From assembly GCA_011958945.1 (NCBI GenBank), contig BLLT01000001.1:122-64121 (forward strand): 64,000 nt of DNA. The letters run 5' to 3'. The notes below the pieces were generated by a model. It did no database searches and was not told the origin of the DNA. It saw nothing but the letters and a program-made list of their open reading frames with translations. Source of the stretch: Lachnospiraceae bacterium (GTDB lineage Bacteria > Bacillota > Clostridia > Lachnospirales > Lachnospiraceae). How positions within the stretch are numbered: position 1 is the first letter of the stretch; the number at the start of each line of letters is the position of its first letter. The position numbers were made by a program, and so were the translations under genes. Below, in pieces: positions 58,423 through 64,000 of the stretch.

Positions 58423-58510
58423 AGAATATTTAAATGGATATTTGGATTGTGGATATTAGCATAGCAAAATAGAGTTTTATTTGGTATTCCAACTTGACAC
58501 TAATTCACCG

Positions 58511-58737
58511 TCAATTTTGCCCTAACTTAGCATTAGCGAACCATACGCCCCACGAAGTTATGCGGGTTTCAGCGATTTTCGCGTGGGAAAAGTGAAAAAA
58601 GTTTGTGACATTAACTTGACATACGCGGGGTATGGGGCGATTTGTGTCGAAAATAGTCTGCCAGGGTAGAATGGAGTAGGTTTTTGAGGAATAAGCACTT
58701 TATTCTGTGGCGTATGGTGTCGAATAAAGTGCTTATT
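58511..58737. repeat. Direct repeat copy 2
   Basis: See copy 1. Same terminal hairpin AATAAGCACTTTATT..AATAAAGTGCTTATT. Confidence 0.85.
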
Positions 58738-59461
58738 TGTTAGAAACTGATTCTGTTTCCAATTGATGAGCTTATCATTAATTCGAGAAATGAACCCACA
58801 GCTCCGCTACGTAACAAACTTTTCTGAAAAGTAGAACATGCGGTATACTATCGGAAAAAGGGAAAGGGAATTATGGAGGAAGCTGTATATAGTCAGGCGT
58901 AAGAAGGCATCCTGAAATTGGGAATAAGACTCTGTCTGTAATTCCTTTACGAAATCAGGCGTACAAAGTTCCATGTTATGTAGGGTGTCGAGCCACTGCT
59001 TCTTATGGAGCAGGAACCACTCCTGGTTTTCAATCAGAAAAGGTAACAAGGCTGCACCCATAGCTGCCCTTTCTGCGGCCTGTATTCTATAACGAAAAAA
59101 GCGTGCAGTAAGAAACGGCGCACTTGAGTAACTGTTATTTTCACTTTGCGAGTCTAATCTGTGGTAAAGCTGCGGTAGACAGGTACTTTATTTCGCGGCA
59201 GGACAATATATGGAAGTTTCTGCCGTCTGTGGAAAGCACCGAACAGCCTGCCGGATTCAGGGTCGGAGGTTAGAGACAATTCAAAATTACATTTGTGAAC
59301 AGGAAGAAAATGACAAACTGGGGGTTACTAATTTGAGAACATCAAATGTAAAATTATGTGTTATACTATTCTTCACAGGGACGGATTTTTAAGGGCGGAT
59401 TAAATGAGCTTTAAAGAACTCAGGATGATAAAGAAGTGTAAAGGATGAATGGGGGTATCTT

Positions 59462-62400
59462 ATGACCGCCAGAAAAGCGTACATAGATCGGATTATCCGG
59501 GAATTGGCAATTGCGCAAACCGAAATTGAATATCAGTGCAGGCTGGGGATTTATGATGACGTCCATTACTGGGAAGAAATCGCAAAGGGGTTGCTCAATC
59601 GGTGCTATGGATTTCATCTGGTAAACCTGAATGAAGAGAAAAAGAATTTTCCGGGAATCGATTTGGGAGACAGAGGGCGTGGAATCGGGGTACAGGTGAC
59701 AGCGGAAAAGGGAAGCGCCAAGCTCAATGATACGATTCAGACTATGATCGGGAAAAAGGTTTATGAAGAGTTTCCGCATCTAATTTTTTTTGTTCTGGGC
59801 AGGAAGCAGAAAAAGTATACTGTGACTCAGAATGTACAGACTCTCTTGGATTTTGATGCGGAGAAAGATATTCTGGATTTTGGGGATATCATGGAAAAAT
59901 GTCAGACACTGGAATGGGAGGATCTGAAACAGGCTGCGGAATTTTTGGCAGGAGAGATATCTCAGGGAGGGAATTTTGGAGTCGGGAGTGCTGAAAAGGA
60001 AGAAGCCTACCGTAAGCATTTGTCGTCCTGTTCAGACAGCATTTCCATTATAGGTATGGCGAAGAAGCTTCCGATTGAAATGGCATGGATACAGCTGAGG
60101 CTTATGGATGAGGAAGCACTGCAGGACCTGAAGGAAAAAGGAACGGGGAGCATGCCCTATCAAGAGGAAATACGGCGGACAGAACGGAAGTTTGATATTG
60201 AATCTATCTGGACCTCCGTAGAAAATATGGTAATTCTGGCAGGACCGGGGGCGGGAAAGAGTACCCTGTTAAAAAAGCTGGTTCAGACAGCCCTTCATCG
60301 AGAGCAAAAAGTAATATGGCTGTCGCTGATGGCGGTAGCGGGATTGCTTGGACAGGGGAAGACCTTTGATCAGGCAATGCGGGAGACGATGACGGCGTCC
60401 CTGTCATTTGAGGTGAGCAAGGCAGAGTTTGAGTACAGGCTTCAGTATCTGTTTCTGGACGGCCTTGATGAATGTGGTAGCATACGAAGAAAAATCGGTG
60501 CAGAGATTGCAAGCTGGGCAGCGGCTCATCCCTGGGTCAGGGTGGTAGTCACCAGCAGACCTCTGGGGTATGATGCAGCGGCACTGTCTGATTTTAGACA
60601 TATGGCAATTTTACCTATGGATTTTGAGGAGTGCAAAAACTACGTTGGAAAACTGCTGGAAAAACTTGTGCCGGAGGATGCCAGGCAGTGCGCAGACTGG
60701 TTTGAGAAGCACACAGAAAACCGGAACATTGTGGAACTAGCCAGCAAAAGCCCATTGCTGATGGGATTTTTGCTGCAGCTCTCCATCAAGCGAATTGACT
60801 TTGGAAACAGCCGGATAGAGTTGTATAGCCGCGTGATGCAGGAATGGCTGCAGGGCTCCAGCCGGCAGAATGAAATGAAAATAAGCGAGGTGGAACTTAT
60901 GTGCGGCATCGAAGCCGTGGCATATTACATGACGAATGCCATGGAGCGCGTTCATGAAGGTGCATGGAAAAAAGAGAAGATTCTTTCCGCGGTGACGCCA
61001 TGGCTACAGCGAGAGTTGAATTGTTCCAGGATGGCGGCGGGGCGGAAGGCAGAATATATGCTGAAATTCTGGGATGAGCGTGGAATTTTGGAAAAGAATT
61101 ATCTGGAGAACGGGATACAGTACCGCTTCCTCCACTTAAATATCGGGGAATATCTGACCGGAAAGTATATCAGTGAAATGGAGCCTGACGAGGCAGAAAA
61201 ATGGGTACTGGCGCGTTCCGGGAGTGCAAAGTGGCATGAGACGATCCGTATGGCTGTGGCCTGTGATGACAGCGGATTTCTGGCGGCGTCTTTAGGTAAA
61301 CACGAAGAAGCGGCGGAACTGCCGACAGGAGAAGTTTTTCTGGCGGCGGAGGGGCTTGCAGACCGGCAGACAGGGGCGGAGGCACAGAATATCTACAAAA
61401 GCCTTTTACGATTCGTCGTATCAGATAATGAGGAGCTTGTGAAACGAGCGGTGTCTGCCATACAGGGAATGCGTGCGTTGATACGCGAATGGGATACAGA
61501 GTATCTGCTTGAACTTATGAAAAGCCCAAAACGACGGATCGCGGATGCGGCTTATGGCGTATACCTTTGCATGCAGCGGGAGGAAATGGATCAGAGTATA
61601 TTAAGGCAGCATTTTCTGGATTATAAAGGGCGGGCGGAGCATGCATTTGGACAGCGCTCCTATCAAAATATGGTAGAGACGGTCAAATACCTGCAGCGTA
61701 ATCCAAAGGACCGTGAAGTGATTGAAACAGCAAAATACTATTATGGAAATCACTGTTCTATGCATGACATGGAAATTTTAGGGGAGTTTCTGTATGAGGT
61801 AGGAGAACAGGAATGGAAAAAAGAATGGGATAAAAGATATTTCTCAGTTTTTGACAATGAGACAATGCAAAAAGCGTTTCAGCGCATAAATGCGGTGAAT
61901 GATGCACTGTTAAATGTAATGATTGAAATTTACGGCATGGACGTGCCCATAAAACAGGAGGATGCAAAGTCGGAAGAATGTCTGGAGTGCTCCAAACTGG
62001 CACAGGGATTACAATATATGCAGGCCACAATTCCGGAGCTGTATGCGTTTGGCGTTGATTTGAAACAGCCTTACTGTAAGAATGTCATAGGGGCAGTCGG
62101 CGTTGCTGTGGGAGTAGATGCCGGGCGGATCAAAAATGAGTTGTCCTATCTGCACCGGAAGTGTCAGGAAAATCCGGAATTTCGCCTATATCGGTATATG
62201 AAAGACGTCATTGTGAGCAGTGACTGGTCAAAAGCGGCAGAGGGAATCGATGAAGAAACCCTTTTAAAGGGGATTGCGGCATATTCGGAAATCGTCGCAT
62301 TGCCCTGCATGAATATGCTGGTGCAGCAGGATGGGAAAGAGGAAACGAAACAGGCATTGCTTAAGATGCTGTACGCAGAGAACGAAGATGTCATAGAGCG

Positions 62401-63220
62401 CATCGGGATGATGGCACCATATATCTGGAAAGAAAAATCCGCGGAAATCATTTTAAATAGGCTGCTTCATGAAAGTCCGGATGTATGCGCTGGGTTGTAC
62501 CGGTTTTTTCCGGAATCATATGGCAAATTTCGCATAAAGGACTGGATGGAAGCGATGCTGTGGGGAGTTTCGAATGACAACATTGTGTTGGTGCAAAATG
62601 CCTGTATCTGTATAAAATGCGGACTGCAGCAGGAATATCTGGATGGGGAAGCGAAGGAAGAATTGTTATCATTCTGCAAAGAACAGTTTGAAACATGGCT
62701 GCAGCGAAAAGTAAAATGCACCAACTGTGATGCCGGAGCATATCTGGATGAAAGTGGCTTTTGTCCGGAATGCCATGTGGGAGGCAATCTGCCTTATCGA
62801 GCATTTATGGAACTGTTGATCAATAACCGGCGTCTGGATTATCAGGAACTGATCCGATATGGCGGACATCGCTCATCGGATATCAGCGGAGTGGCATACG
62901 AAGGCATTAAAAGCTTTTGGGAGGAGAATCCGCAAGGCATAGGAGAAATACTGGAACAAATAAAGGAGGATAAGTGCCCGAAGTATCTGTTTGGATGGCT
63001 GCTTACCATGCCGGAAAATGTGATTGGCGGATACCAGAAACAGATTGTAGACGTGGCGGAGAAAGAGAGCCGGGAGCTGCAGCTCGTATTTCTGGAGAAA
63101 ATGAATGGTCTGGAGTGGCTTCCGGTAAAGGAAAAGCGAGAATATTTAAAAAAGATGATGTGCAGCGCGGATGCAGAAGTGAAAGCCAGGGCGACGAAGG
63201 TGTGGCTTGTTTTGGAATAA
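59462..63220 (+). CDS. STAND NTPase: SMEK-like N domain, NACHT P-loop module, long helical-repeat region, zinc ribbon
   Basis: N-terminus ..LLNRCYGFHLVNLNEEKKNFPGIDLGD..IGVQVTAEKGSAKL (SMEK-like). Walker A GPGAGKST (60242), Walker B LFLDGLDE (60449), CTNC..CPEC (62717-62776). 1,252 aa. Confidence 0.8.
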   Translation: MTARKAYIDRIIRELAIAQTEIEYQCRLGIYDDVHYWEEIAKGLLNRCYGFHLVNLNEEKKNFPGIDLGDRGRGIGVQVTAEKGSAKLNDTIQTMIGKKVYEEFPHLIFFVLGRKQKKYTVTQNVQTLLDFDAEKDILDFGDIMEKCQTLEWEDLKQAAEFLAGEISQGGNFGVGSAEKEEAYRKHLSSCSDSISIIGMAKKLPIEMAWIQLRLMDEEALQDLKEKGTGSMPYQEEIRRTERKFDIESIWTSVENMVILAGPGAGKSTLLKKLVQTALHREQKVIWLSLMAVAGLLGQGKTFDQAMRETMTASLSFEVSKAEFEYRLQYLFLDGLDECGSIRRKIGAEIASWAAAHPWVRVVVTSRPLGYDAAALSDFRHMAILPMDFEECKNYVGKLLEKLVPEDARQCADWFEKHTENRNIVELASKSPLLMGFLLQLSIKRIDFGNSRIELYSRVMQEWLQGSSRQNEMKISEVELMCGIEAVAYYMTNAMERVHEGAWKKEKILSAVTPWLQRELNCSRMAAGRKAEYMLKFWDERGILEKNYLENGIQYRFLHLNIGEYLTGKYISEMEPDEAEKWVLARSGSAKWHETIRMAVACDDSGFLAASLGKHEEAAELPTGEVFLAAEGLADRQTGAEAQNIYKSLLRFVVSDNEELVKRAVSAIQGMRALIREWDTEYLLELMKSPKRRIADAAYGVYLCMQREEMDQSILRQHFLDYKGRAEHAFGQRSYQNMVETVKYLQRNPKDREVIETAKYYYGNHCSMHDMEILGEFLYEVGEQEWKKEWDKRYFSVFDNETMQKAFQRINAVNDALLNVMIEIYGMDVPIKQEDAKSEECLECSKLAQGLQYMQATIPELYAFGVDLKQPYCKNVIGAVGVAVGVDAGRIKNELSYLHRKCQENPEFRLYRYMKDVIVSSDWSKAAEGIDEETLLKGIAAYSEIVALPCMNMLVQQDGKEETKQALLKMLYAENEDVIERIGMMAPYIWKEKSAEIILNRLLHESPDVCAGLYRFFPESYGKFRIKDWMEAMLWGVSNDNIVLVQNACICIKCGLQQEYLDGEAKEELLSFCKEQFETWLQRKVKCTNCDAGAYLDESGFCPECHVGGNLPYRAFMELLINNRRLDYQELIRYGGHRSSDISGVAYEGIKSFWEENPQGIGEILEQIKEDKCPKYLFGWLLTMPENVIGGYQKQIVDVAEKESRELQLVFLEKMNGLEWLPVKEKREYLKKMMCSADAEVKARATKVWLVLE

Positions 63221-63419
63221 TAATGGAAAATGAAGCCGCCGTTTCACAAATTTAGTCGACAGCACCATTTTTGCGGGTCATCGAAAGAACAAATTTTGAA
63301 ATATATTAACTACATGGCTTTCAGCCACTTTCACAGTTTCGCCGCGAATAATTAAGGTTAATGAAAAACTTCAAAAGAAAACTATAAAGACGCAGAAAAA
63401 GTTGAGATGGGGTGATATT

Positions 63420-64000
63420 TTGGAAATAATTAATTTTAATGATTTTCAGCAAAATCAAAGAATGTATGGTGGAACCGCCGGTCGAAAAATGGGAATTACT
63501 TATAATGGGAAAGATTATCTTTTGAAATTTCCGGGTAATTTAAAAGAACAGAAGATGAAAAATATTAATCTTAGTTATTCCAATAGTCCTGTTTGCGAAT
63601 ATATTGGTTCAAAGATATATGAATTAGTCAGATTACCTGTTCATAATACAATTCTGGGAACAAGAAATGGAAAAACTGTAGTAGCTTGTGAAGATTTCTT
63701 GCAAGATGGAGACAGGCTCTATGAGTTTGATAAGATAAAAGTCACTTTTGAGCCCCATTTTTTAGATTCGAATGGAAATGAGACCAATGGTGTTGGGGTA
63801 GACCTGTATGAAATTATGATGACGATACAGGAACATCCATTTTTGCAAGATGTTCCGGGCGTAAAAGAGCATTTTTGGAATATGTTTATAATGGATGCAC
63901 TGATTGGCAATACAGATCGTAATAACAGCAATTGGGGAATCATTTTAAGAAAGGATGGTTCGAAAGAGATTGCGCCTATTTATGATAATGGCAATTGTTT
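63420..64000 (+). CDS. HipA-like Ser/Thr kinase-family protein, truncated by the window end
   Basis: Open frame from TTG 63420 (GGGGTGA upstream) to the window end, absent from the ORF track. FIMDALIGNTDRNNSNWG matches the HipA catalytic-loop pattern. Confidence 0.7.
   Translation, partial: MEIINFNDFQQNQRMYGGTAGRKMGITYNGKDYLLKFPGNLKEQKMKNINLSYSNSPVCEYIGSKIYELVRLPVHNTILGTRNGKTVVACEDFLQDGDRLYEFDKIKVTFEPHFLDSNGNETNGVGVDLYEIMMTIQEHPFLQDVPGVKEHFWNMFIMDALIGNTDRNNSNWGIILRKDGSKEIAPIYDNGNC

Larger units (their letters stand above)
53107..58510. mobile_element. Repeat-bracketed, AT-rich ~5.4-kb islet (Rpn-like nuclease + OLD/UvrD pair) with no recombinase of its own
   Basis: Bounded by the two ~0.2-kb direct repeats. 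Composition is visibly more AT-rich than the ICE backbone. Confidence 0.45.

Noticed and set aside
58807-59392. ORFs 58807..59061 (-) and 59210..59392 (+) between repeat copy 2 and the NACHT gene
   Set aside because: They are short, with no SD or motifs. The minus ORF may be a remnant of a flanking gene, but I cannot support a call.
1-64000. Search for rRNA, tRNA, tmRNA and known riboswitch leaders
   Set aside because: No cloverleaf-like or rRNA-like segments were recognised by eye, and intergenic regions are short or explained by terminators and leaders. Absence cannot be proven without tRNAscan-SE or cmscan.

Overview
The window is a strongly plus-strand-polarised mobile region. By gene content it looks like a Firmicutes/Clostridia genome (inference only).

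**1 to ~52.9 kb: right-hand part of an integrative conjugative element (ICE).**
- Gram-positive type IV secretion module: PcfB-like protein, VirD4 coupling ATPase, Maff2 pilin-like protein, VirB6-like membrane protein, PrgI/VirB3-like protein, VirB4 ATPase and an NlpC/P60 wall hydrolase.
- Anti-restriction-type block: an orphan MT-A70 methylase followed by a 2,894-aa polyvalent methylase/SNF2-helicase protein.
- A sortase and a double-SpoVG protein follow.
- A visibly more AT-rich cargo segment spans ~28.4-46 kb. It holds a three-gene HExxH/unknown/membrane cassette, YaiI, HxlR, an ACT-domain protein, a LysR regulator, a PLP-enzyme-rich operon with a LysE exporter, and four XRE regulators.
- The element ends with a MazF module and three tandem large serine recombinases.

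**52.9 to 64 kb: defence-type island(s).**
- Two ~0.2-kb direct repeats bracket an Rpn-like nuclease and an OLD-ATPase/UvrD-helicase (Gabija-like) pair.
- Downstream lie a 1,252-aa SMEK-like/NACHT STAND NTPase and a HipA-like kinase gene cut by the window end.

**Most notable observations.**
1. A TnpV-like gene with its own Shine-Dalgarno (SD) sequence is embedded out of frame inside the giant polyvalent ORF. Codon periodicity follows the embedded frame.
2. The repeat-bracketed, recombinase-less defence islet sits directly after the ICE recombinases.
3. The solo SMEK-NACHT-Zn-ribbon protein.
4. The uncharacterised AT-rich three-gene cassette at 28.4-30.8 kb.
5. A duplicated LysR-box leader drives two parts of a cargo operon rich in aminotransferases.

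No rRNA, tRNA or CRISPR array was recognised.
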